Source of the DNA: Octopus vulgaris
Lineage: Eukaryota
Direction: 5' to 3'
NCBI GenBank assembly: GCA_951406725.2
Contig: OX597826.1
Location: 64,294,001 to 64,358,000, forward strand
Length of the DNA stretch: 64,000 nt
Position 1 is the first letter of the stretch. Every line of letters begins with the position of its first letter. A model generated the notes under the pieces. That model saw only the letters and a list, made by a program, of their open reading frames with translations, was not told where the DNA came from and ran no database searches. The translations under genes and the position numbers were made by a program. Below, piece after piece: positions 10,601 through 25,397 of this stretch.

Positions 10601-13600
10601 CCCTTCCTCTAGTCAATTCTCACCTGTTTCCAAGCAAGGTAATATTCCTCACCCCCATACCTAAACATGTTTTTCAAGAAAGGCTGGAAATGAACACCCT
10701 CACATGATGTCCAGACAAAGGGTACATTCATATATAGATACATGACAGGCTTCTTTTAGTTTTCATCTTCCATGACGGAATGTAAATTATGAACTGAAAG
10801 AACAGTTGGAAGTTGATCCAGACCTTTATTCAAAGGTCATCACTGGTGACAAAAGATGGTGCCAAGGAATTTGCAGATGTGGAAGAGGCGAAGAAAAAAA
10901 TGATGGGAGCATCAAAAGGTATCACTTCACGAGAGTTTCAGCACTGCTTTGAATTGTGGAAAACACACCTGGATCAATGCATTGCTTCAAATGGAGGATA
11001 CTTTGGAAGTAATAAAAGTGTAAACATGTAAAACCAAGTGAATAAAATAATACCACAAAATTCTGGTTTCTTTTGGGTACCCTCTTCTATATAAAGAAAT
11101 TTGAATTAGAGGTGCAATTCTTCCAACAGGCTTATACAGTCTGTGTCTCCCTAATTTCATTTATGGGTTCACCCAAAACTACAGGAAATGACAATTGCCT
11201 AAACTGCCACACAGAGGAATCAAACCTGAGATCTTGGGGTTATCAAGCAAACTTATTAATCATTCGTTCATACAGTGCCTACACATACACACAGGTTTGA
11301 AATTAATGCTGTAAGTAACAGAACAGAAGACAAAGTGAAATTATTAGTTCAATACTGAATGAAAAACTGAGAAAGTGAAAGTGTCGATGTTTTGAGCGGA
11401 AGCTCTTCTTCAGAAAGTTAGTAAGAAGAGAGTAGTAGTGTAGAGGAAAGAGAGAAAATGAGTAATGAAGAAATATGCCTTGTATCATGTTAGAAATATG
11501 CATGCATACATACATACATATATGCACATACACACTCATAGACTTGCTTGCAAAAAATTTTAACGCCTCTTACCTTTATGGCTAATAATTTAGGTTGGGA
11601 TGGTTCTACTTCAGGTTTACCTGGTGCAAATGAAAATGAATAGTGTAGAATATTGGAATATTATAAAATATTGAATAATGCACAATATTGGGAAATGATA
11701 TAAAATATTGAGAAATAAGGTGAATACTGGAAAAACATGTCCTATGTTCAAGTCCCACAAGCACAGACTTTATCTTTCATCTCCCCTGGGACTGATAAAA
11801 TAAAATACCAGTCATATACTGTTGCAGACACAATAAATTGTCCCTTCTGGTGCCTATTTGTCAAACTCCCAGTGGCACGTAAAAAGCACCATTTGAGAGT
11901 GGTCATTGCCAGTGCCACCTGACTGGCTCCTGTGCTGCTGGTATGTAAAAAGTACCATTCGAGTGTGGTCGATGCCAGTGCCAGCTGACTGCTCCCATAC
12001 TGGTAACACGTAAAAAGCTCCCACTACACTCTCGGAGTGGTTGGCACTAGGAAGGGCATCCAGCTGTTGAAACATTACCAGATTGGATTGGAGCTTGGTG
12101 TGCCTACAGTAGAAATGGTTATTATTGATATTTATTATTATTTTTATTATATAAGGCGGTGAGCTGGCAGTCATTAGCAACCGAGGCAAAAAGTTTAGTG
12201 GCATTTCATGTCTTAATGTTATGAGTTCAAATTCAATTTTTAAAAAAAGTTCCATTATATTTTTATAATTAAATATTAGGAATTGCATAAAAAAATTGTT
12301 AAAATATTTTGAGTATTGTAAATGTATTACCAATTTAGTGTATGTAAATTTTAACAGCAAAATCTTATGTGGAACCTGGTTGAGAACCACTAAATTACAC
12401 TGAGCATTACTCTTATACAGTACCTGATAGTAAATAGCTTGGTTTTAGAAGATATCCACATCCACCATTATCCAGGAATTTTCCCAACAAGAGTTGCATA
12501 GGTGTGTCTTCTGTTTGGTAGTTGAGTGCCACTGGAAATAGTTTGGAAGATGAATGTGAAAATTATATACAAGTTGTACTAAATGTATATTATTTGGCAA
12601 AACAAGTGCTACTAAGTTATGTACAAAGAGTCCAGAAGCTGGCTACCCGCATGGTTCTTGGTCTCAAGAATTTATCTTATGAAGAAAGGCTGAAGACGCT
12701 CGACCTTTATTCTCTAGAAAAACGACGATGCCGTGGTGATCTCATTCTTGCTCACAACATCATAAGCGGAAAGTGTAACCTCTCGAAAGAGCTGTTCTTC
12801 ACTCCTGCTCCAGATGTCAGCTGTGGGGTCATTCCGAAAAGCTCTATCTGCAACAATTTCATCTCAATCGAAGGAGAGGGGCTTTCTCCGTCCAGGTTGC
12901 GGATCTGTGGAATAAGCTGCCGGATGAGATGGTGATGATGCTGACGACCGCTCGGTTCAAAGTCTCCCTTGACCACAAGTGGCCTGAACTCTTTACATGA
13001 ACACCCACCCTATACATAACTCCATGTCCCCCTACATGGCCTTGCTTTTTGCTTTTTGAGCCCAAAAATTAACTAACTAACTAAATATGATTCTATGGAT
13101 AGTACAATAAAGCATGTTTAAGTGGAAGGAGATGAATGGGTGCAACTGTTTAGATATTGATATGGTGCAAGAAGAAGATAGGCACAATAGAATGATTAAA
13201 GTATGAGATGATACTACATTAATAACACTATAACACGATTTTTGTCCTTGGGTAGCAATTGTTATTTCCTATTTGCTTACCCCTAGAAAGAGTGTAAATT
13301 GGCTAATATTTCCTTTATACTTTGTTTTTGTTATATTTATTCAACCCCCCAAAGAACCCCTCTCAGTACATGGCTATGATGCTCCCCCACTACTCCTGTC
13401 CATGATCAGAGATGCACATATTGTCAACCAGTAAGGGATATGCTCAAGTGGTTAAGGTCAAGCAACTGACAAGCAAATCCGTGGTATTGAGCAGAATATT
13501 TGCTATAACAATCATTCTGCTTTAGCAACTCAGTGCTGAATCTGTATAAAATGTGATGGAAAAATGAGCCAGTTTCAAAGCAGTAATGTCCAGGTCACAA

Positions 13601-16600
13601 AAGCAAATTTTGAAGGGAATAGTAGTCATTTCCTTTGATTTATAGATAGAAGAAAATAGGAAATAACACTTATTGACCAAATACCAAAATGAATAAATAA
13701 GTAGAAATTGTTATGGAGTGTAATGAAACTGATATTTATTTTAATGAATTAGTCAATCAATGAGTGTCAGCACTCAAAGTTTTTGTAGGCCGGTTACTTT
13801 CCAGACTGGTTAAATAAAAGAATGCAATTGATATTCAGTTCAAGGACCTGTAAGTCATCAATGCCTTCAAGGAATCCATGAACAAGGAGAAAATTCCAAG
13901 TGGTTTATAACCATCAAGGGAGGAATGGTCCAGCAAAGTGTTCAATGTGGAACCTGGTAGAGCAGGGGAGGTATATGTTTGTATCACTCAACTGTCTTAA
14001 AAAAGGAAAGATACATTAGATAATGTAGTTCTTCATATTTTGTCTGACAAAAAAGGAGGAGGAGGAAGAGGAGAGAAAGAAAAGGAAAGGGTAGCCATTG
14101 TTCGAATGATTTTCTTTTTAAGTTTGCTCAAAGATGATTTGTGGCACAACAACAACATTAACATTTACTTACCAACTTGGCAGCCAACATTCCACATCAT
14201 CACTGGAGTATAATTACTGGAATCGGTACGAAGACCAGCAGGGTATGTTCTAACCATAATTGCTTTGGTCAGCTTTCGGTTGTCTTCAACTATATTTTCT
14301 TCCAATAAGTTACACATTTTCATCTCTCCAATGGAAGTCATTTTGAAAGGATCACCTGGAAAAAAATAATTTCATTAAATTACTCAGCCAGTTTGAAAAA
14401 AAAAAAAAAAAAAAAATCCATCTCAAAGACGAGAATGTTACTGATGATGAACTGTGTTCAATGTACGCCTATTGCTTTGGTTGTCAACCTCAGAGTAGCA
14501 TTTAATTAATGGGCGTTGTATTGGGTATTAAAATCATTTTCATAGGTTTATGGTGGACACTACCGTATAACTGGTAAAGTTGATAGTGAACCAAGCCTAT
14601 GCAACCTTCCAGGAGTTCACAATACAAAGTATTGTCTACTCTACTGATGCCTTTATGAGAGGCATCAATTTCACAATATCCTATCTTTCCATTTCCTGAA
14701 GCCAATCGGATTAATAATCTAATTGAAAGCCATCTCAAATCCCTACAAATAACTTGACTATTCAACACACCAATGTATGAATGAAATAAGCATCTATAAC
14801 TTATTAGTTGTCTATATGTTTGAGCAGTATTATTGTTAATAAGATTATAATTTTACTGCAGTCTATTAACTTTATTTTTAGAAATGGGCACGTAAAAAGC
14901 ACCATCCGACTGTGGCCGTTGCCAACTTCGTCTGGTCCCCGTGCCGGTGGCACGTAAAAAGCACCATCCGATCGTGGCCATTTGCCAGCCTTGTCTGGCA
15001 CCTGTGCCGGTGGCATGTAAAAAGCACCCACTACACTCACGGAGTGGCTGGCGTTAGGAATGGCATCCAGCTGTAGAAACACTGCCAGATCAGACTGGGC
15101 CTGGTGCAGCCTTCTGGCTTCCCAGACCCCAGTTGAACCGTCCAACCCATGCCAGCATGGAAAGCAGACGTTAAACGATGATGATGATGATTTACACCTG
15201 CCCTACATTTTGATTGGTTTGATCTCAAGTTCATCAAGTCTCTTAATCCTAGATGTCCTATCACACAGCCTTTTGCCATCAATACACAGACACCCCAAGG
15301 CACCAGATAATCTCCTGTTGCTACCACAATCTTCTTTCTACTTATGCAATAAATCCCATCAAATATCGGATATTCAATATTTTCAAGAAAATTATTCCAT
15401 TATTATACAGAAACATGAAAACATAACAAAACAATGATAATTCAATAAGTAACTGGAATAATTCATAAGTTAGGTGAAAAATATTTAATACATATCAGGG
15501 AATATTAATAAGTCTATTCTGATTAGGATAAAGAAGAAATAGAGAATGAACATTAACAAATCATTGCACTTTCAAATTATCTCCCTTGCTTCTTGACATT
15601 AGGCCTTACTTGAGCTTAGATATCTACACACATATCAAGGTACAACACTCATATGCATCTTATACATATGTATCAACACACACAGATTAATGCAAACGGC
15701 TGAACAGCATTCTATCTCTCTTTGTCCCCGTCTCTCTCATCTACTACAGCTAATTTTCTCATATCCTATTTGTTTTATGTTCAGACAGGCTAGGTCCAGC
15801 CTATCACTCCTACCCTACAATGTCAGTGCAAAAACAAACAATTAGATCTTCTGAATCTCAAAGGTACACAATCACACGTGATTAATACAAAATAACGTGA
15901 ATAAATAAGCATCTAATTTGACAGTAATCTAATTGCTAAAGGGATAAAGAAAAAGTCTTTGGCTAATACACATTGTTTACCAATGTTTCCACTCTACAGT
16001 ACTTTCACGCCAATAACATTGTTGCCCTTCATACACCACCACCATGCAAACTTCTACATACTACAGCCACTACCGCATAAACACATACACCATCACCACT
16101 AAATAAATTCCCCACACCACAACCATGTTAAATTCCCACTCTACCATATTACTCTACCACCACCATCTTCATGTAACCCACCCTCGCGCACACACACACA
16201 CTGCCCTATTAACTCTCAACACTCTTGTCTCTGCTGCAGTGGCCACACCATGACCAGCACCCTCATAATATTAACTCTGCATGATGCTATCATGTAAATT
16301 GTGACACAACTACTAGGTTAAATGACATTATAAGGAGCTGTATCTTCTGAGAAAATACAAGCTGATGAAAGAACTGCTATAGGGTTGATCAACATACTAG
16401 AAATAGCAGTCAAATTTCCCTCTAGTCACACACACTAGGATTTTTTTAAATAAGAACAAAATCGACAATATAGTCCTTGATGAATGAAATGAGGAATAGT
16501 TGCAACCGGAATGTCTTTAATGACAGGTCTGCTCAATCAAGGTTGACTTGAAGCTAAACATTACCTGGAAAACTATTTATTCACATGGTTAATCTTATGG

Positions 16601-19600
16601 CTTGATAAAAATAATGTAATGATCTTACCATTATCTACAGCATGTTCAATAGAAGTGAACCTTTGGCTTCGAATTCCTATGAGTTCATTCAGTGATTTCT
16701 CTAACTTCACCTTCTTTGGAATCTTCTCCTCTTTTGGCATTTCAATGCCTTCTCTAGAGGCCTCAGCTTTCTTCTTCTCTTCCTCCATTTCTTCAGCTTC
16801 ATCTTCATCGCTGACTCCATCATTGTCTGTAGAGAGGGGTGGCAGTTTCTTACCCTGAAATGAAAATTCATGCATTCATTAGCTACTCAGTTTTTCATTA
16901 GCAACAAAGCCTGTTGAATGGGGGGAAAAAATTGAACAACTTGCTCAAGAGATCAAATCTACTGCAGGTATTTTGTTGTGTTTCTGAATAAAAAACTTTA
17001 TTTTACCTTGTCTCAATTAACTCAGCTGTCAAAAGGGATGTTGTAAACAATTAACTGATGCTCTATCCACTGGGAAATTTATCCATACCATGTAGGTTAT
17101 GAAATCAGAGCTAAACTTGGCTCTCTTTGCTCCCGAGGTCATGAAACTTCATGACTCAGGAGACATGTTATACATTCATTTCAAGATGGGAAATTAAAAA
17201 CAATTTAAGCAACAGGAAATATTTACAAAAAATACTTTCTTGGGGGGAAAAAATTGTTCCTCTTTAAATATAATCTTTTTGTTGATCACAAAAGTAAAAC
17301 ATATTTTACTTTGATTTAGATTTACATGACAAATATTTCTGTGTTCAAATCAAGGTTAAATTTTAATAATCAACCATTATGTTGACATCAAGCAGACCAA
17401 ATGTTAAAATTTACAAAAATGAAAAGAAAGTATGAAAAAAAATAAAAACAATTTTTAAATGTAGAAGAATATTACTGTTTAAATAAATGGCTAGATACAA
17501 GTATGTTATATCAGCGATGTATTGGCAGTTTCAAGATTCACACAGTGCTAGACAGACAGTGAATCAAAAGGTTAATGCGGCACTTAAAGCAAGAAGATAT
17601 TAAAACTGTTTTAGTTGTTACAGTTATTATTCTCTGCACTATAAAACAACAAAAGCTTCATTAAGTTGAAAACTCGTTAGTTACAGCATTCATTCAATTT
17701 CAATACAATCAATATATTTCAAATAACAATGAAACAAAAGTAAATTTACTGTGATTTCATGAGTTTAAAAGAAATGTCAATAAACAAATACAATAGGGAA
17801 TAAAGAATTTATGTTTGAGGGTGTGTGATAAAATCCAAAGTTGACGTTAGTACAACAGAGAACTCCTCATAGTTGTTGATATAACTGAATCCTGCTGTGA
17901 AGGCTGACAGAAGGATAAAATACAATGCTTTTAATATTTTTTTTCAAATTTAGAAACTCGGTGATTAACATACGCTAGTAGCCAATTATTCATATTTGCG
18001 ACATATGAATAAAAGGACAAGTACGAATTGATAGTTTGCATTTGACATGAGTTAAGTGATATTTATTTTTTCAAACTTCGAAGAAAGAGGAAATTCAAGG
18101 CCAACCCAGACAAGATTCGAACACATGACGAAATTATACAAAGTAACGTAAAACATTTTACCCCGTTACTAGATAGATTTTTGCCTGAATGAAAAAAATT
18201 AAAGAAAGAGGGAAGCAACTCCTTTTAGATCAATTAGCATTATTTCCCTTGATAGTCTATTTTATTTCGTTTAATTATACAAAAAACAAACGAATAAAGA
18301 AGACAGCATAAACAGACTATATATTAATTGTATATTACCTTTTATTTTTCACTTACTTCAGTCACTGGACTGTGACCATACTGGGGCACCGCCTCGAAGA
18401 GGTTTTAGTTAAACGAATCGTGTCCTGTACTTTTTTTTAAAGCATAGTATTTATTCTATCAGGCCCCTATACTAAACTTCTAAATTGCAGGGATGTCAAC
18501 AAACCAACACCAATCATCAAGCAGTGGTCTCACACACACACACACACACACGATAATCTTCTTTTAGTTTCCATTTACCAAATATACTCAGAAAGCTTTG
18601 GTGGGTGGTAATGGAGGCAAGGAGGTAGAATAGAAGATACTTGTTTAAGGTGCCGTGCAGAGAGACTGAACCCAAGACAGCCTGGTTGAGAAGCAAGCTT
18701 CTTAACCACACAACTATGTCTGCACCTCTCATAAATGTATAAAACTATGTCATTGGGATATGAAACCAGATTTCTGGGATTGAACTGTTTCTGTAAACTG
18801 TCTAATCAGTCAAATAGTTAGAATTAAATGGTGGTGGACTCAATTTATCCAGCTCAAATTGACTAATGACAGTCAAGTCATGAATATTAAATATCATGAA
18901 ACTTCATAGACATTTGACTCGTCCATATTCAGTAGTAGTTAACTCATCAGGTGGCGGCATATGGCTTAGTGGTTAGGGTGATGAACTCATGATTGTAAGA
19001 CTGTGGTTTCGATTCCTGGACCGGGCGATGCGTTGTGTTCTTGAGCAAAACACTTCATTTCACATTGCTCCAGTCCACTCCTTGCGATGGACCAGCGTCC
19101 TGTCCAGGCGGAGAATTTCCACGCCACTGAAACCAGTCCTTATGAGCCTGGCATGGCTCGAGAAGGAACATTAAATTATTAACTCACCAGAGTGCATTAA
19201 TAAACACTTAAAAAAACCAATATTTGAACTGTAAATATATGTATCGAAATACAGTTTAAAAAATGAATTCTGAAGCAGGTTAGCTGTGAAGGTACGTGAT
19301 TGAACTAATGTTTTTTAGTTTATATGTATGTATCGTATATGTATTTATATGTATGTATGTATTGTAACTAACCAAAAATAAAAGTTTGAATCATAAACAT
19401 ATGAAAATAAATATATATGTTCCTGTGTCAAGAAACTGTTTTTGTGATGAAGCTAACTCTGATAACATTATCTTAATATATAAAGCAGAGCTTGTGTGTG
19501 TGTGTGTATGTTCCTTATGCATTCGAAAACATAGTTGCTGATTTTGATGTATGGGGTATCAAAAGATTCAGTAATCTTTCAGCTACCAAATAAACTTTAT

Positions 19601-22600
19601 TTTCATTTATATATCTGCATTACAAAAATTTAACATTATAATCTTTCTATAAGTCAGCTATTGTAAACAACATTTTATACCACCACATCACATTTTCTAT
19701 ATGAGCATGTGTCTGTTTATGTGTGTATGTGTGTGCGTGTTTGTTATGTACATTAGGCCGATGACTGAGAAGTATAGGTGTGAGAATGTATGTGACGGTG
19801 TATGTGTGAACATACATTTTTGTGATGGCTGATACACACACACGCATCTAAAGAGAGAGAGAGACACACACTCGTAGAGGGACAGAGATACACATGAGGA
19901 GTGTGTGAATGTATGTCTTTCTGTGTCTGTCTTAGTGTATGTATGTGAGTGTATGTCAGACTATGTGTGACTGTATGTGATAATTTTTATGTTAGGCCTC
20001 AGACAATTAAACACACACACATCTACACATACATATACATATGTGTATGAGTGTGTCTGTGTCTGTGTGTGTGTGTTTCTGCATTTGCTAAGTCTATAGT
20101 AAACTATAGCAAAGGACATTTTATGCCTTTTTAATGAGCCCACATCTAATGAAGCAACCATCCTTATGCTAGGTGACCCCATGAAAATCCTGATATTCTC
20201 ATCTGTGCTTGAGATAACAACCTTACAAGCAACATCAGAGTACTTCTACTAGGTGATCATACAAGCTTCTTAAGATTGGTAATGGGATATTAACATTCAA
20301 TCAAATGATACTTTCTCTTTGGGATCTTATGGATAAAGTATTTCCTAATTTATTTGTCAATTACACTGATGTAAACTGGCTATATGAAAGAACTATAATG
20401 GCTCCAGCTAATGAAATGGTTGATAAACTCAATCATGGACTTCTTCAAAAGTTAACAGATACATCAGAAATGACTTTTTGATCAATTGACAACAGTCAAT
20501 CAAGTTCAGAATGTTCAATGCCCTGTAGAATTTTTGAACACACTTAAACCCACTGGGATGCCACCGCATAACTTGACACTAAAACTGGGTGCTCCTATTA
20601 TATTGCTTCGGAATCTTGACCCATCTCACTTATGTAATGGAACTTGCTTAAGTGTTACTTCCATGAAGCCCCATGTCCTACAGGCAACAATCATAACAGG
20701 TAGTCACAAAGGAGAAAACGTCTTTATTTCAAAAATTCCCCTCATACCTACAGATGTTCCATGTCGATTTAAGACACTTCAGTTTCCAGTCAAACTAAGT
20801 CTTGGTATTTCAATTAACAAATCTCAGACTCACTCGCTCAAGGTAGTTGGACTTGATCTCTCTACTACATGCTTCTCTCACAGCCAACTCTATGTTGCTT
20901 GCTTGCAAGTTGGAAGCAGCAATAATTTATTCATTTCGACGTCAACAAAAAATTACACAATGAATATTGTTTACCCTGAGGTGCTTCAACATTGACAGAT
21001 TTTCAGTTTGAAATTTTATCATCTTTACGATTTGGATATTTTTTAATAAAATATAGATATTTTGAAATAATTATGAGAATATATCTTTATATTTATTGTT
21101 TACTAATCTGAAGAAGAACAGCAGTAACCTGGGCAATGCCAGGTTATCCAGCTAGTATATGTGTATACATATATAAGATAAATAGATAGATAGATAGCTA
21201 TAAAACACAAATTCTTATACAAAATTGGAAAAATAGAAAATATAATTTATACAAAATCGGTAAAATTTTATGCAATTAATAAAAAGGAGACTTGCTTTAC
21301 ATATGAAAACAACCAAAAGATTTTACATAGATATTTTATGCTTAATGATTTGGTGTTTTGAAGTTATGCAATTAACCAAATTACATAATTGTCTTATATT
21401 AATCAGAATTGGTTGTAGTATTAAGAATATGATCTTTTAGCAATACTGTGTTGCTGAGTACTGGGTCTTTGGATCTGCTTATGTGACATTCTTTAGTTTC
21501 AAAAATTTTTTAACATTAGTTATTGCTTATAAGGTATAAAAAAGTAATTTTTGTTTTATTTTACAGTCAGAATATCAAATTTTATGATCAAGAGAACTGA
21601 ATGATTTTCCCTCAATTATACATAATTTAAATAATTAACAGATGACTGAAAATAATTATACATAATTTAAATAATTAACAGATGACTGAAAATAAAGACA
21701 AAGTTTTTATCTAATTGCATTGTTCATAAATTTTAGTTGAAATTTGAAAATGTCAAGTTATCTTTTATTAATTATTCTTTAGAAAAAGATAAATGCATGA
21801 CTAAAGAGCTAGAAAGATAATTAGTTTGGTTACACAGAACTATTTTAGTGAAAATACATTAGCTAGAATAAGGAACAGAATTTAACAAGTTAAACCAAGA
21901 ATTTAGGTTAATTGAATAATTAAATGAAGAGGGTGATACAGTTTAGGACAGGATGGAATGAGACCAATTCCCCACTCATCTATCATCTATAGCAGTCTCC
22001 AGAAAAATTAAATTGAGTTCAAACATTGATGTCATTGATGTGCAATATTGTGAAAATTCACTAACCTATGTCAGTAAAGAAAAATAAAAGAATGTAAAAT
22101 GATTATATATATATATATATATGTATGGGGGGGGGGTATAGATGAGTTAAATGAATATGAACTAAGGGAACTAACTCAGAGTGGCCAGTGGTATGGATTT
22201 GATTGAAACAGATAAATAGGCACCATTTAATGTTAATACTTGTTCCTCTAGAGGGAGAGAGGAGAAATGGAAAGACAAGAAAAGACGTCAACAAGAAACT
22301 ATGACATTACAACCAGCCAGGCAAAGTCTTTACTACATTTGCGGCACCTGCCAGAGGGAGTGTTTGTCCAGGATAGGACTAAACAACCACAACAGGAGTT
22401 GTATTAGGACATAAAATGTAAAAGCCGGACTAGATTATTTTATGTGCAACTCCATTGTCTCTCAAGACAAAAAGGTTGCCAACAATATATATATATATGT
22501 ATATATATTTACATAAATATACACATATATAAAAAAGTAAATATGTGAAGTATTATTACTGTTAAAAATAGTAATAATGGGGTGACTAGCAAGACTTATA

Positions 22601-25365
22601 CCTAAAACAAGTATAATATAAAATATTTGGAAAGAAGTGTGAAGATACTGCTTGCTAAAAATCAAAGTGAAAACTTAAAAAAACCACCAATTCTATATAC
22701 ACACACAAGCAATATAAAGAATATTTTAAAAAATAGGCCTACCTTCAGGATGGAATATGAAGGCAGCTAATACATATTAGAATATTCCTTACATTGCTTG
22801 TGTGTGTATTTATCATAGAATTGGTGGTTTTTTGAAGATTTCACTTTGATTTTTAGCAAGCGGTATGTTTGCCCATTTTTTCTTCAAATATTTTATACAC
22901 ATATATATGTATATATACATATTAGATGAGCATGGCTGAGTGCAAATCTCAACAAAATGTAGAGACTCAAATGACGTGCTTGTCCATAAATGCCTAGTGT
23001 GCGCCCAGGCCCTATTATTTATTTATATGAATTAATTAACTCATGTAAACTTATATTAACATGTTCCTTGTATTACAAGGATTCCAAATATATCTAATTT
23101 GTATTTTTTAAATTTTATTTTTAATTCATTAATTAAAAAAAAATTTTTTTTGCATTCTTGAGTCGTCATTTTCTGACTTTCTTTTAGCCACTCAAACCTA
23201 ATACACTCTTTTGTGTTACGTGAGAGGTCTATCGATTTTCACTGTTATTACTGTGGTCTGGCCCGCAGCAGGTCATAATTAATATTAATATAATAAAAAC
23301 TAACACAGAAACCCTGACATTACCATAAATTTTTTTGGGAATGTCTTTTAAGCGCAAATTTAAAAATTTTTTAAATTTATAAAAAAAATAATTTATATTG
23401 GATTAAATATCAGATAATTTTTACTTTTAATAGTTCTAAATGTATTTTGTTCGAAATTATATTGTTTCTTTTAGAATTTGCATTTCAAATGATTTCATTT
23501 ATAAAAGTTTTTATAGAATGGCGATGCTAATGGTAATGATATTGTCAGAAGAATTAATGCTGAAATCACATATTTTAATATCAAAAAGCAAAATATTTTT
23601 GGCACTAATTTTAAATTAAAAGCTGGCATAATGCATACATCGAATCAAGTCAATAGTGGTCATTATACTTGCATAGTTAAAAATAACGACAAATGGAACA
23701 TAATTAGTGACACTCAATATTCTTGCCTCATTTTTTGAACGTATTTAATCAAATTAAAAAAGATTAAATGAATTAAAAGATATGAAATTGCATTTCGTTA
23801 TCTGATAAACTAAATATTTGGTGACCTTTCTCCCATTAAATCCAACCATCACCTCACTGCAGTATGTGGGTGTAAATCATATGACAACAGGCTAATGATG
23901 GTACAGGTACTTGCTTTTGCTTGGTGAAAATTTAATGCTTAAAAAAAATAATCTAAAAAAAAGTAAGAAATTTTATGGGAAAAAAATTTCTTGAAAAACT
24001 AAAAAAAAGAATTGAACAAAATGCTCTATTGAAAAAATAACCAATGATAAACTTTAAAAAGAAAGAAACAAGCAGGTATTTAAAAAAAAAAAAAATTGCT
24101 AATATTTCCTAAAAGTATTTCTTATAAAAATTTACTAAAACACATTTTGTTGCACCTTTTTTTAAAATTTAAAATCATTTATAATTTAAATCTTAAATAC
24201 ATACAAAACTAATGAATATTTTAAGGCAGAACAAAGATGGTAAGTGACTACTGATACAACAAAATGAGAAAAACATTTGATCAAACAAAGATTAGGAATT
24301 GCAATAATGTATAGAAATAATCAAGCAGAAAAAAGATTTTTAATTGCAAATTATTAACAGTGATAAAAATATTTATTATTTTTTTATTTCATTATATCAT
24401 AATTAATTCATCTAAATCTTCATAACTATTTCAATATATCATTTCAATTTTGAAAGTTGCAGCGCAATATTATTTTTATCAAAAAAATTAGATCAATTAT
24501 AATTAAAATAATAATTTTTAAATATAATTAAAATTAGAAAGTAGTAATAAAGTATGAGTAACAATATACACACAACATAAATTAATTGGGCAGACAGGTC
24601 TGAAATGTCTTAAATTTACCCAAAATGGGTGACTGTCCATTTTTAGTTCAATTTATATAACATATATAAAGTAAACTAAAAGTTAATAAAATAAAATAAG
24701 CTTGTATAATTTAATTGCATAAAAAATAAATGTATAATTTGCTATTTTTTATGCATATATATGTAAATCAAATAAGTTTAAAAAGGAAGCAGCCCACTCA
24801 AAGGTGAACAGTGCAAGTCTTCATATAAACTCACTTCACTCTTCTGCTCCTTATTTCAAAATATACATTTATAATCACAAAAATATACATTTACAAGCAC
24901 AATCAATTCAAAATAAATAAATAAATAAATAAATAAGTAAGCAGTAGAATTTGCTTAATTATAAATAAATAAAAATAATAAAAATAATTATTCAAAGTAA
25001 TAATAAATAATGACTTAGCTGACCTTTATACTGTATATCTATCCCACAAACTTTTTTCGTTATATTCATTGTGATTTGATATTAGCGATTGACTATTGGC
25101 AACGACCTCAATCTACTGGCAATTTCTTGACCAAATTCAGTCTCTTTAATTTTAAGGAGTATAGTAGTATGTAGCATAGTATGTAGATACATTGTAAACT
25201 AAAAGTGACAAATTTTTAAAAAGTGCAACAAAATGTATTTTAGTAAATTTTTCCAAGAAATACTTTTAAGAAATATTAGTAATTTTTTTAAAGAATATAT
25301 GTATTTACATACATATATATATACACACATATATATACATACTTATGCATATATATATGTATGCA

Positions 25366-25397
<32 letters not shown>

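Noticed and set aside
12522-12935. 137-aa plus-strand ORF
   Set aside because: Chimera of intron sequence and a frameshifted CR1-like fragment; not a host gene
20486-20995. Possible host PIF1 helicase gene
   Set aside because: Intronless, broken upstream, and enclosed by Helitron termini
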